From positions 388 to 64,387 of the forward strand of contig JAJDBD010000085.1 of NCBI GenBank assembly GCA_029261575.1: 64,000 nt of DNA, in the 5' to 3' direction. The notes beneath the pieces are model-generated. The model was not told where the DNA came from and made no database searches. It saw nothing but the letters and a program-made list of their open reading frames with translations. The position numbers and the translations under genes were made by a program. This document shows, in pieces, positions 1 to 10,074 of this stretch; within the stretch, counting starts at the first letter, position 1; the number at the start of each line of letters is the position of its first letter. The stretch is from Nitrospinaceae bacterium (GTDB lineage Bacteria; Nitrospinota; Nitrospinia; Nitrospinales; JACRGP01).

Positions 1-1
1 T

Positions 2-283
2 GTTCTCATGCTGAGAATACAACTGGAGCGCCAGGAACAACTGTTGTTTTCCAGCTTACGGGAATATTCCAATTTATACGGTCTGACTTCAGAGAAGCTC
101 AAAAAAGCCCGAAGCGACATGTTGATCATCCATCCCGGACCCGTCAACCGCGGGATTGAAATTTCTCCCGACGTCATGGACGGCCCGCATTCCTTAATTC
201 TGGATCAGGTCACCAACGGCGTGGCCGTCCGGATGGCGTTGATGTATCTTTTGCTGGGAGCCAATCTTGAAGCTAATAATTAA
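2..283 (+). CDS. pyrB: aspartate carbamoyltransferase catalytic subunit, 3' part (runs off window start)
   Basis: [30 protein letters not shown] motifs; directly upstream of pyrC. Confidence 0.93.
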   Translation, partial: VLMLRIQLERQEQLLFSSLREYSNLYGLTSEKLKKARSDMLIIHPGPVNRGIEISPDVMDGPHSLILDQVTNGVAVRMALMYLLLGANLEANN

Positions 284-1556
284 AAACGGCCGCGTGATCG
301 ACCCCGCCAACGGGTTGGACGGTTTGTACGACATTCTGATTGATAAGGGAAAAATCTCCGCCGTGGAAAAACGCGGCGGGTTATCCGGGGCCGAGGAAGA
401 CGCCAAAACCCTGGACGCCGACGGAAAAGTGGTTGCGCCGGGATTTGTCGACATGCACGTCCATTTTCGCGAACCGGGTCACGAGTATAAGGAGACCATC
501 CAATCGGGATGCGAATCCGCCGCCGCAGGCGGTTTCACCACCGTCGCCGTGATGCCCAACACCGACCCGATCAACGACAATCGTTCGGTCACGGAATTGA
601 TCCTGAACGTGGCCCAGGAGAAAGGAGCCGTGAACGTTCTGGTGATCGGCGCAATCACCAAGGGCCTTGAAGGAACGAGACTGGCTGAAATGACGGACAT
701 GCGGGAAGCCGGGGCGATCGCTTTTTCCGACGACGGCAAGCCGGTGATGAACAGTGAAATAATGCGCCGCGCGTTTGAGTACAGTCGCCTCTTCGATTTG
801 CCTTTGATCCAGCACAGCGAGATTCTTGAACTCACCTCCGGCGGTTGCATGAACGAAGGGTCCGTTTCCACCGAACTGGGTTTGAAGGGAATGCCGACCG
901 AGGCGGAAGATATCATGGTGTACCGGGACATTGCCTTGTTGGAGCGAACGGGCGGGCGCTTGCATGTGGCTCACATCTCCAGCGCTGGAGCGGTCGGTTT
1001 GGTCCGAATGGCAAAGTCGAAGGGACTCCCGGTCACTTGCGAGGCGGCTCCGCACCATTTCACCCTGACGGACGAGGCGGTGCGGGGGTTTGATACCAAC
1101 ACCAAGATGAGTCCTCCCCTGCGCGCATTGAAAGACGTTCAAGCTATTAAGGAAGGTTTGAAAGACTCGACAATAGATATTATCGCCACGGACCACGCGC
1201 CGCACAACGTGATGGACAAGGAGGTGGAATACGACCATGCCTGCTTTGGCATTATCGGCCTGGAAACCGCCCTGCCCTTGACCCTTCGATTGGTGGACGA
1301 CAAGACAATGACCCTTTATCAGGCGGTGGAAAAACTCACCTCCCGGCCCGCGGAAATTTTCAATCTCGATTGCGGTTCCTTGAGCGTTGGAAAAAGCGCG
1401 GACGCGGTTATTTTTGATCCCGAAGCGGAGTATGTGTTTGATAAATCCCATATCAAATCAAAAAGTAAAAACTCTCCTTTCCTGGGCTGGAAAATGAAAG
1501 GCAAAATTTTGCATACGCTGGTTCGAGGCAAGACCGTGTTCAAGGCGGAGGCCTGA
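267..1556 (+). CDS. pyrC: dihydroorotase
   Basis: [26 protein letters not shown] motifs; pyr operon context. Confidence 0.95.
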   Translation: MKLIIKNGRVIDPANGLDGLYDILIDKGKISAVEKRGGLSGAEEDAKTLDADGKVVAPGFVDMHVHFREPGHEYKETIQSGCESAAAGGFTTVAVMPNTDPINDNRSVTELILNVAQEKGAVNVLVIGAITKGLEGTRLAEMTDMREAGAIAFSDDGKPVMNSEIMRRAFEYSRLFDLPLIQHSEILELTSGGCMNEGSVSTELGLKGMPTEAEDIMVYRDIALLERTGGRLHVAHISSAGAVGLVRMAKSKGLPVTCEAAPHHFTLTDEAVRGFDTNTKMSPPLRALKDVQAIKEGLKDSTIDIIATDHAPHNVMDKEVEYDHACFGIIGLETALPLTLRLVDDKTMTLYQAVEKLTSRPAEIFNLDCGSLSVGKSADAVIFDPEAEYVFDKSHIKSKSKNSPFLGWKMKGKILHTLVRGKTVFKAEA

Positions 1557-1557
1557 A

Positions 1558-2721
1558 ATGAAAGCGACTTTGGCTCTGGCCGACGGAAGGATTTTTCACG
1601 GGGAATCTTTTGGCGCTCACCTCCAGGCGACCGGCGAAGTGGTGTTCAATACCAGCATGTGCGGATATCAGGAGGTGATCACCGACCCGTCCTATTGCGG
1701 ACAGATGGTGGCGATGACCTATCCTTTGATTGGAAACTATGGAATCAACCTGGAAGATTTTGAAGCCGTCCGGCCCTTTATGAGCGGACTCATTATCAAA
1801 GAACTGAGCGGGATCGCCAGTAATTGGCGGTCGAAAAAGAGCCTGGACGAATTTTTGCGCGAGTTTAATGTCGCGGGAATTCAGGGAATCGACACCCGCG
1901 CCCTCACCCGCCATATCCGGGATAAGGGCGCCCAGCAAGGAATCATTTCAACAACGGAAACCGATCCCAAAAAGCTGGTAGAACAAGCCAGAAGCCTTCC
2001 CGGTTTGGAAGGACGCGATTTGGTCCGCGAGGTCACCTGTCCCCAGCCCTACGACTGGGTCGAAGGGGAATGGGATATTGAGCGAGGTTATAATAAGTCT
2101 CCGCTGGAAAATCCGCGAGAACCGGGCAAATATTATTTTGTGGTCGCTTACGACCTGGGAATCAAATTTAACATTTTGAGGAAGCTGACCCAGGCAGGGT
2201 GTCGGGTAAAAGTCGTTCCCGCTCATACGGGATGGGAGGAAGTGTTGGCGATGAAACCGGACGGGGTGTTTTTTTCCAACGGACCCGGCGACCCCGCCGC
2301 GGTGGACTATGCCATAGAAAATGCGCGCAACCTGTTCGGCAGGGTTCCGGTTTTTGGGATTTGTCTCGGGCACCAGATCGTCAGTCTTGCCCTGGGCGCC
2401 AAAACATTCAAGCTGAAATTCGGACATCATGGAGGCAATCAACCGGTCATGGATCTGATCGGACAAAGAGTGGAAATCACCGCCCAAAATCACGGGTTTG
2501 CCGTCGATCCCGAATCCTTAAAAGGCGACGTCGAAACCGCCTCCATAAATTTAAACGACAAAACCCTGGAAGGCGTCCGGCACAAAAAATTTCCGTTGAT
2601 CTCCGTTCAATACCACCCGGAAGCGTCTCCGGGACCCAACGATTCTTCCCACCTGTTCCATGAATTTGTAAAACTCATGGAAGAAAATTCTCCCAATGGA
2701 CCTGTTGAACGAACTGATTAA
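1558..2721 (+). CDS. carA: carbamoyl-phosphate synthase small subunit
   Basis: GEVVFNTSMCGYQE, SNGPGDP, GICLGHQ, QYHPEASPGP. Confidence 0.97.
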   Translation: MKATLALADGRIFHGESFGAHLQATGEVVFNTSMCGYQEVITDPSYCGQMVAMTYPLIGNYGINLEDFEAVRPFMSGLIIKELSGIASNWRSKKSLDEFLREFNVAGIQGIDTRALTRHIRDKGAQQGIISTTETDPKKLVEQARSLPGLEGRDLVREVTCPQPYDWVEGEWDIERGYNKSPLENPREPGKYYFVVAYDLGIKFNILRKLTQAGCRVKVVPAHTGWEEVLAMKPDGVFFSNGPGDPAAVDYAIENARNLFGRVPVFGICLGHQIVSLALGAKTFKLKFGHHGGNQPVMDLIGQRVEITAQNHGFAVDPESLKGDVETASINLNDKTLEGVRHKKFPLISVQYHPEASPGPNDSSHLFHEFVKLMEENSPNGPVERTD

Positions 2722-3553
2722 ACACGCCGCCCAGGAAAGATTTTCTGAAGACGTCGCCCAGGCGAAAAATGAATACCAGAAACAGGCGGGAGAAATTTTT
2801 GAAGACGACCTTTCCTATGAAAACCGCGCGACGGCTTTTTTGGAATGGTATTTATTCGACCATACGGTATCTGGTTTGGAAAAATCTCCTTTGCAAATTT
2901 ATCTGGATGAAAACGCCAACAAATTGTCAGAAGAACGATTCGGCGCTATCAGCGCTTTTCAAAATAATATTCACGGGATATTCATTCCCAAAAAAATTCG
3001 CGAGGATCACGTTATAGCGTTGAACCTTTTTGACGAGCAGGAGTATCAGGTGGTAGAGCGCCAGGCAAAAACTCTTTTCAACAAAAAAGACGTTTTCGAA
3101 GCCCGGCTTTTGCCCTGCGGAGACAATTATTGCTTTTCAGGGTATTTTGGATTTCATCCGCCGGAGACTTTAAAGTTCATCAAAAAGGAGGCGGGTAATA
3201 TTTCAAAAACCCGTAAAGAAGCCCGCAAGGAATTAGACAGAAAACAGAGCGACCTGGAAAAGCTGGAGGCGCGGTTAAAGAAAACGGAATCCAAGCGGGA
3301 AAAACTTAAAAGAAAACTGGAGACGAAAGACAAACCCAGCCTGAAAGAAAAAATGGATCAGGTGGAGTCCCTGCTGTTTGAGTTAAAGTCGGAATTTTCT
3401 GCGTTGGAAAAAAGCATCGAGGATTGGAAACATCAAAAACTTAAAATTGAGCACAACCGCGCTTGCAAGGATTTGATTTTAAAATTCTCCTACATGAATT
3501 TAAAGTGGGAGCGATCCAGAAACATAGCCCTCAACGATATCTATAAAAGCTGA
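2696..3553 (+). CDS. hypothetical protein with long Lys/Glu-rich coiled coil
   Basis: 285 aa ORF overlapping both the carA stop and the carB start. Confidence 0.8.
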   Translation: MDLLNELIKHAAQERFSEDVAQAKNEYQKQAGEIFEDDLSYENRATAFLEWYLFDHTVSGLEKSPLQIYLDENANKLSEERFGAISAFQNNIHGIFIPKKIREDHVIALNLFDEQEYQVVERQAKTLFNKKDVFEARLLPCGDNYCFSGYFGFHPPETLKFIKKEAGNISKTRKEARKELDRKQSDLEKLEARLKKTESKREKLKRKLETKDKPSLKEKMDQVESLLFELKSEFSALEKSIEDWKHQKLKIEHNRACKDLILKFSYMNLKWERSRNIALNDIYKS

Positions 3554-6500
3554 TGCCGCGACGAACCGATATAAAAAAAATATTATTGATAGGGTCCGGT
3601 CCCATTGTCATTGGCCAGGCTTGCGAGTTCGACTATTCCGGAACCCAGGCCTGCAAAGCGCTGATGGAGGAAGGTTACGAGGTGATACTGGTCAACAGCA
3701 ATCCGGCGACCATTATGACCGATTCTGATTTTGCGACCAAAACTTACATCGAGCCGGTGACGCCTGAAATGGTGGAGTTGATAATCGCCAAAGACCGACC
3801 CGACGTTTTGTTGCCCACCATGGGCGGCCAAACCGCCTTGAACACCGCTATTGCTCTGGCGAAATCCGGGGTTTTAGAGAAATACAACGTGGAATTGATC
3901 GGCGCGGATATCGCCGCCATTAATAAAGCTGAGGATCGGAAGCTGTTCAAGGAAGCCATGTTGCATATCGGCATGAAGGTGGCTCCCAGCGGCTACGCGC
4001 ATTCGACAGAAGAGGCCGTGGAGATTGTGCGGGAAACCGGGTACCCGGCCATCATTCGACCCTCGTTTACTCTGGGCGGCGTCGGCGGAGGAATCGCCCA
4101 CACAGAGGAGCAATTGATCCACCTGACGGAATGGGGATTGAAAGCCAGCCCCTCTGCCGAAGTCCTGATTGAAAAATCCCTGTTGGGTTGGAAAGAATAC
4201 GAACTCGAAGTGATGCGGGACCGTAAAGACAACGTGGTGATCGTTTGTTCGATCGAAAATTTCGACCCGATGGGCGTCCACACTGGCGACAGCATCACCG
4301 TGGCGCCCGCGCAAACGTTGACCGACAAGGAATATCAGATATTGCGCGACGCTTCTTTGGATATTATCCGGGAAATCGGCGTGGAGACCGGGGGATCAAA
4401 TATACAGTTTGCGGTGAATCCCGAAAACGGCGAACTCCTCGTCATTGAAATGAACCCGCGAGTGTCGCGCAGTTCCGCGCTGGCTTCCAAGGCGACCGGC
4501 TTCCCCATCGCTAAAATCGCGGCCAAACTGGCCGTCGGTTACACGCTGGACGAAATCCAGAACGATATTACCCGCGTCACTCCGGCGTCGTTTGAACCCA
4601 CCATTGATTATTGCGTTGTGAAAATTCCCAGATTCACTTTTGAAAAATTTTCCAAAACTTCCGGCATTCTTTCCACCCAGATGAAGTCGGTCGGCGAAGT
4701 CATGGCCATTGGAAGAACGTTCAAGGAATCTTTGCAAAAAGCCCTGCGCTCTTTGGAAATCGGCGTGAGCGGACTGGATGAACATTTTAAATACGACATT
4801 GAAGATTCCACTCACGACCGGGACGCCCAGAAAGAGAAAATCCGCAGTCTCCTTAAAGAACCCTATTGGGAAAGAATATGGATGGTGGCCGCAGGATTGC
4901 GCCGGGGGCTTTCCATTGACGAGGTCAACAAAATAACGGGGATCGACCTTTGGTTTCTGCAAAACCTCAAAGAAATCGTGGACTTTGAAGTCGTCATTCA
5001 GGGAAAGGGAGATTTTAAAAATCTGGATAGCGACCTTTTGCGAAAGGCCAAGCAAATGGGATTTTCAGACAAATATCTCGCCGGCCTTTTAAACTGCCAG
5101 GAAGCGAACGTTGCCGAGACAAGGGAAAAATTCAATATCCGACCGGTCTTCAAGCGCGTCGACACCTGTGGCGCAGAATTCGAAGCGTACACGCCTTATT
5201 TATATTCCACCTACGAAGAGGAATGCGAGGCCAATCCGACCCGGAAAAAGAAAATCATGATCCTGGGCGGCGGACCCAATCGAATCGGCCAGGGGATTGA
5301 ATTTGATTATTGTTGCGTCCATGCCGCCTTCGCCTTGAAGGAGGACGATTTCGAAACCATCATGGTGAATTGCAATCCGGAAACCGTGAGCACGGATTAC
5401 GACACCTCCGACCGTCTGTACTTCGAGCCTTTGACGTTTGAGGACGTCATGGCCATTGTGAACATTGAAAAACCCGACGGGGTGATCGTTCAGTTCGGCG
5501 GGCAGACGCCGCTGAAGCTGGCGTTGTCGCTGGAAAAAGCGGGGGTCCCCATAATTGGAACCAGTCCTGAAAACATCGACCGCGCGGAGGACCGCAAACG
5601 GTTTAAAGAAGTTTTGGAAAAACTGGATTTAAAACAATCCCTGAGCGGCACGGCAACTTCCCAGCAGGAGGCCGAAAAAATTGCCTTGGAAATTGGATTT
5701 CCCGTATTGGTTCGTCCTTCGTATGTTTTGGGCGGGCGATCTATGGAAATCGTTTATAACCTCGAAAACCTCAGGCGTTATATGAAAACCGCTTTAAAAA
5801 TGTCTCCCGATCACCCCATCCTTATCGACCAGTTCTTGCAGGACGCCGTTGAGTTGGACGTCGATGCCTTGTCGGATGGAGAAACGGTGGTGATCGCCGG
5901 GGTGATGGAGCACATCGAGGAGGCCGGCGTGCATTCCGGAGACAGCGCTTGTTCACTGCCGCCTTTTTCCGTCGACCAGGATTGCATCCGGCAAATCAAA
6001 ATTCAGACGGCGGCTCTGGCCAGGGAGCTTGGAGTGGTGGGATTGATCAATATTCAATTCGCCGTCAAAAGCGGAGAAGTCTATATCATAGAGGTGAACC
6101 CGAGAGCCTCCCGCACCGTGCCCTTTGTCAGTAAAACCATAGGAGCGCCGCTGGCTAAAATTGCCGCTAGGGTGATGGCGGGCAAAACCTTAAAGGAACT
6201 GGGCTTCACCGAGGAAATAACTTTTGATCACATTTCCGTTAAGGAATCGGTTTTCCCTTTCATCAAGTTTTCCGAGGTCGATATTTTATTGGGTCCGGAA
6301 ATGAAATCGACCGGAGAGGTGATGGGAATCGATTCCAGCTTTGGACGCGCGTTTGCAAAATCACAGTTGGCCACGGGCGTGGAACTTTCGCCCAGCGGCA
6401 CGGTGTTCATAAGCGTTAAGGATAAAGACAAGCCGGGTTCGATAAAATTGGCGGAAGGTTTTCGCGATCTTGGTTATCAGTTGACAGCCACTTCAGGAAC

Positions 6501-6795
6501 GGCCAAATATTTAACCGAGGCGGGATTCGAGATTCGGAGGGTCAACAAGGTAAAGGAAGGTTCGCCGCATATCGTGGATTCCATCAACGCGGGCGAGATT
6601 CAATTTGTGGTCAACACGACGTTTGGCGAGCAGGCGATCCGGGATTCTTTTTCCCTGCGGCGGACGTCCCTGAGCTGCAACCTCCCCTATTGCACGACCA
6701 TGCCCGGAGCTTCGGCTTTGCTGGACGGTTTGCGGGCTATAAAGGAGAAAGGCCTCGGGGTGACGTCGCTTCAGGAATTTGGCGCGTCGATGTAA
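3553..6795 (+). CDS. carB: carbamoyl-phosphate synthase large subunit
   Basis: [17 protein letters not shown]; duplicated ATP-grasp halves ([19 protein letters not shown]); C-terminal MGS domain. Confidence 0.98.
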   Translation: MPRRTDIKKILLIGSGPIVIGQACEFDYSGTQACKALMEEGYEVILVNSNPATIMTDSDFATKTYIEPVTPEMVELIIAKDRPDVLLPTMGGQTALNTAIALAKSGVLEKYNVELIGADIAAINKAEDRKLFKEAMLHIGMKVAPSGYAHSTEEAVEIVRETGYPAIIRPSFTLGGVGGGIAHTEEQLIHLTEWGLKASPSAEVLIEKSLLGWKEYELEVMRDRKDNVVIVCSIENFDPMGVHTGDSITVAPAQTLTDKEYQILRDASLDIIREIGVETGGSNIQFAVNPENGELLVIEMNPRVSRSSALASKATGFPIAKIAAKLAVGYTLDEIQNDITRVTPASFEPTIDYCVVKIPRFTFEKFSKTSGILSTQMKSVGEVMAIGRTFKESLQKALRSLEIGVSGLDEHFKYDIEDSTHDRDAQKEKIRSLLKEPYWERIWMVAAGLRRGLSIDEVNKITGIDLWFLQNLKEIVDFEVVIQGKGDFKNLDSDLLRKAKQMGFSDKYLAGLLNCQEANVAETREKFNIRPVFKRVDTCGAEFEAYTPYLYSTYEEECEANPTRKKKIMILGGGPNRIGQGIEFDYCCVHAAFALKEDDFETIMVNCNPETVSTDYDTSDRLYFEPLTFEDVMAIVNIEKPDGVIVQFGGQTPLKLALSLEKAGVPIIGTSPENIDRAEDRKRFKEVLEKLDLKQSLSGTATSQQEAEKIALEIGFPVLVRPSYVLGGRSMEIVYNLENLRRYMKTALKMSPDHPILIDQFLQDAVELDVDALSDGETVVIAGVMEHIEEAGVHSGDSACSLPPFSVDQDCIRQIKIQTAALARELGVVGLINIQFAVKSGEVYIIEVNPRASRTVPFVSKTIGAPLAKIAARVMAGKTLKELGFTEEITFDHISVKESVFPFIKFSEVDILLGPEMKSTGEVMGIDSSFGRAFAKSQLATGVELSPSGTVFISVKDKDKPGSIKLAEGFRDLGYQLTATSGTAKYLTEAGFEIRRVNKVKEGSPHIVDSINAGEIQFVVNTTFGEQAIRDSFSLRRTSLSCNLPYCTTMPGASALLDGLRAIKEKGLGVTSLQEFGASM

Positions 6796-6798
6796 TAA

Positions 6799-7764
6799 TT
6801 ATTTTCCCAGCGCCAGGGCGCCGTAAAAGTCCCACCAGGGGGCGGCGGCTCGTTTTCCAGAACTGAGCGTTCCAGAGTTGCGAATATAGTTGTTCCATTT
6901 CAGCCGGGCAAGATTCCCGGGTTCAAATTTGTCGCCCGCTAAAATATAACCTTCAGAGACATTTTCAAATACCTGCTTGATTTTAACGGTTCCCAAAGGA
7001 ATTTGTATTTCGCCCAGGCGTTCGCCCGACCAGGGGTCTTTCATTTTCGAATCGATCTCATAAATTCTGAAGACGTCCAGGAGACCGATTCCATCGTCCC
7101 GTCCGGCGTTTATTAAAATTTTGTTTTTTTCCATATCGACGGACAACACGCGGGCTTCGAAGGTGATTTGATCGGCTAGCGGCTGGATCAAGGTCAAGGT
7201 TTTCCGGGCAACCTCGGCCATGGCCTTGCCGATGGAGGTTTTCATTATGCCTGCCTCGCCTCCGGCGGACGCATTGAACGGAAGGGTTCCGTCGGAATTC
7301 ACAGTTTCCAGGGATTCGCGGGAAATAAGCCCTCCGGTACGGGAATCAAAAATTTCCAACTCAATTTTAAATTCGGCTTTTTCGGCAAACGCTTCTTGCG
7401 CCTGGTTTTTTTGGTTTGATCCAACGACATTGGGGATAAATTTCAAAATTCTTCCCTTGATCGCCGCCTGACCGGGATATTTTGGAATCATGGGATCGTT
7501 TTCAGAAGTTGGTTTGACGGCGATTTTATCGTAACGGACGACCTGGTAATTTGGGAAACTTTTTAATTCGTCCTGAATCAAACGGGGAAATATACTCCCT
7601 AACTCAAGAGTTCCCTTGTAAGCGGAGTCGTTTACAAAAGGCTCGACTGCGAGTTTTATTTTTAAACCCGCCTGCGCCAAACCCTCGGTCGCCAATAATC
7701 CGCCCAAAAGGCAGATCAAAACGAAAATTTTTTTTCTCAACGCTTTTTTCATAGCCCGATTCAA
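6799..7764 (-). CDS. exported CsgG/FlgT-like protein (FlgT C-terminal-like domain)
   Basis: signal peptide; C-terminal ILINAGRDDGI...DPWSGERLG pattern typical of FlgT_C. Confidence 0.6.
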   Translation of the reverse strand: MNRAMKKALRKKIFVLICLLGGLLATEGLAQAGLKIKLAVEPFVNDSAYKGTLELGSIFPRLIQDELKSFPNYQVVRYDKIAVKPTSENDPMIPKYPGQAAIKGRILKFIPNVVGSNQKNQAQEAFAEKAEFKIELEIFDSRTGGLISRESLETVNSDGTLPFNASAGGEAGIMKTSIGKAMAEVARKTLTLIQPLADQITFEARVLSVDMEKNKILINAGRDDGIGLLDVFRIYEIDSKMKDPWSGERLGEIQIPLGTVKIKQVFENVSEGYILAGDKFEPGNLARLKWNNYIRNSGTLSSGKRAAAPWWDFYGALALGK

Positions 7765-7875
7765 TTTAAATTTGATACCTTAATAATACCAAAAATTTGA
7801 TAAGTTGGAAGCCTCCTTGTTATAGTAACGGCTTCGTATGAATCCATTGTTCTAATCCCGGTTACAAATTCGATC

Positions 7876-8625
7876 ATGAAATTTCTGAAACTATTTTTGT
7901 GCCTACATCTCGTCGCTTGTTTGTTCCCTATCAGTATAGCCGCAAACGAAACCCCTGAGAACATGGTTTTGATTAAGGGGGGGTGTTTTATCATGGGAAC
8001 GGACGACGTCTTCGAATACGAATTGGGTTGGGAAAATATAAGCGAACGGCCCGCCCATAAGGTATGCGTGGACGATTTTTATATGGATAAATACGAGATC
8101 ACGCAAAAGGAATGGGGAAAAGTGATGGGGTACCATGAATCCAATTTTTCTGGAGAGAATCTGGCTGTAGATCGAATTGACTGGAAGGAGGCGGCCCAAT
8201 ATTGCCTGCGCGGCGGGAAAAGACTTCCCTGGGAAGCGGAATGGGAATATGCCGCGCGAGCCGGAACGACGGGCAAAAATCCCTGGGCAGAGGGAGAGTC
8301 CAATGATTATGCCTGGACGGCTACAAATTCAGCGAGAAAACCGCATCCGGTGGGAAGCAAAAAACCAAATGCCTACGGGTTGTACGACATGATGGGCGGC
8401 GTTTGGGAATGGGCCTTGGACTGGTATTCCATTCACTATTACGCGAAAAGTCCGGAAAAGAATCCGCACGGTCCAATGAGTCCGCAAAGCTGGCGCGTCA
8501 TCCGCGGGTTGTCCTGGGTGGACGAATTGGAAGATTTTCGCACCACCATCAGATTGAACGGAATGTCCGATAGGACTCAACACTTTTTCGTGGGCGCGCG
8601 GTGCGTGAAGCCGACGAAAAAATAA
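7876..8625 (+). CDS. exported FGE-sulfatase (SUMF1-like) domain protein
   Basis: signal peptide; RLPWEAEWEYAARAG, PNAYGLYDMMGGVWEW. Confidence 0.9.
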   Translation: MKFLKLFLCLHLVACLFPISIAANETPENMVLIKGGCFIMGTDDVFEYELGWENISERPAHKVCVDDFYMDKYEITQKEWGKVMGYHESNFSGENLAVDRIDWKEAAQYCLRGGKRLPWEAEWEYAARAGTTGKNPWAEGESNDYAWTATNSARKPHPVGSKKPNAYGLYDMMGGVWEWALDWYSIHYYAKSPEKNPHGPMSPQSWRVIRGLSWVDELEDFRTTIRLNGMSDRTQHFFVGARCVKPTKK

Positions 8626-8650
8626 TATCAAAGGCCTTCCATAAAAGATA

Positions 8651-9292
8651 TTGTCCGCTTTGGATTCCAAAACCGTAAATAAACTTTATGAAAAGCTAAA
8701 ACGAAGCCTACCCAACTCCCAACCGGAATTAAATTATCGCAATCGGTTTGAGTTGCTGGTCGCCGTCATGCTGAGCGCCCAAGCGACCGACAAATCGGTC
8801 AATAAAGTCACCGCAAATCTGTTCCCAAAATACTCCAGTCCGGAAGCCGTTTTGAAATGCGGGCAGACCCGTCTCCAAAATATGATCCGGACCATTGGCC
8901 TGGCCCCCACCAAGGCAAAGAACATTGTCGCCGCCTGCAAAATATTGATCGACGAACATAACGGAGAACCTCCCGGAAACCGCGAAGCTTTGGAACATTT
9001 ACCGGGAGTGGGAAGAAAAACGGCTAATGTGGTGTTGAACGAAGGGTTCGGCCACCCTACTATTGCCGTGGATACGCATGTATTCCGACTCGCCAACCGG
9101 ACCGGCCTGGCCCCTGGAAAAAACGTGGAAGAAACCGAAAAAAGACTGTTAGAAGTCACGCCAAAAAAATGGCTTAAAACCGCCCACCGTTACCTTATTC
9201 TCCACGGCAGGTATGTGTGTACCGCAAGAAATTACCGATGCGGCGAATGCGCTATAAGAAATGAATGTCAGTTTCCGGACAAATTATTATGA
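8651..9292 (+). CDS. nth: endonuclease III
   Basis: LSAQATD, HhH LPGVGRKTANVVL, VDTHV, C-x6-C-x2-C-x5-C Fe-S motif. Confidence 0.95.
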   Translation: MSALDSKTVNKLYEKLKRSLPNSQPELNYRNRFELLVAVMLSAQATDKSVNKVTANLFPKYSSPEAVLKCGQTRLQNMIRTIGLAPTKAKNIVAACKILIDEHNGEPPGNREALEHLPGVGRKTANVVLNEGFGHPTIAVDTHVFRLANRTGLAPGKNVEETEKRLLEVTPKKWLKTAHRYLILHGRYVCTARNYRCGECAIRNECQFPDKLL

Positions 9293-10074
9293 CTTTCATT
9301 TCGCCTTCAAAAATAGTTAGAAGTTATCCGGATTATTTAAAGCGTCTGCGAGAAAGTCTTGGAACGTCGGTTGAACGTTTGGATTTCATCGGTTCGATCC
9401 AGGCTAACGGGAAAAACTACCCCATCCCAAAGTTGGTTTTTGGCAAAGGAAATCCAGGAAGGATTTTAATTTCGGCGGGGATTCATGGGGACGAACCGGC
9501 GGGCGTGGAAACCCTCCTGGCTTTCTTAAAGGAAAAACGCTTTCAAAAATATCCAAACGAGTTGACTCTCCTGCCCTGCCTCAACCCAACGGGATACGAA
9601 CTTGGGACGCGCAACAATCACGCGGACAAGGATTTAAATCGCGAGTTTAAATTAAATGCGCCTTCCCCCGAGGTCTCTTTAATCAGGAACGAATTTAAAA
9701 ATCCCTTCGACCTCACTCTGGAATTGCACGAAGACGTGGACAGCCACGGTTATTACCTCTATCAAAAAGAAAAGTCCGCGACGATCGGCGATTTGGGACG
9801 GAAAATTTTAAGCAGGGTTGAGACGGTCATGCCCGTCAACATGGATTCCGAAATTGACGGCATGGAAGCCAACCAGGGCGTTCTTTCGCGTTTATCGGAC
9901 CCTGGGGAAATGGACTGGTGGCCTATGGCCTTATTTTCATATTCGCGAAAAACCCGGATTTGTTTTACCTTGGAAACCTCCGTGAAGTTTCCCATGGCAA
10001 CCCGAGTGAACGCCCATTTGAGCGCCTTGGACGCCGCGATAACGGGATTTCACGATAAAGAGGAAGCGGATTAA
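9289..10074 (+). CDS. M14 zinc carboxypeptidase, MpaA-like
   Basis: GIHGDE, NPTG..RNN..DLNR, ELHED; start placed at the ATGA overlap with the nth stop. Confidence 0.8.
   Translation: MTFISPSKIVRSYPDYLKRLRESLGTSVERLDFIGSIQANGKNYPIPKLVFGKGNPGRILISAGIHGDEPAGVETLLAFLKEKRFQKYPNELTLLPCLNPTGYELGTRNNHADKDLNREFKLNAPSPEVSLIRNEFKNPFDLTLELHEDVDSHGYYLYQKEKSATIGDLGRKILSRVETVMPVNMDSEIDGMEANQGVLSRLSDPGEMDWWPMALFSYSRKTRICFTLETSVKFPMATRVNAHLSALDAAITGFHDKEEAD

Noticed and set aside
7768-7802. AAATTTGATA direct repeat in a divergent promoter region
   Set aside because: Low-complexity AT-rich context and only two copies.
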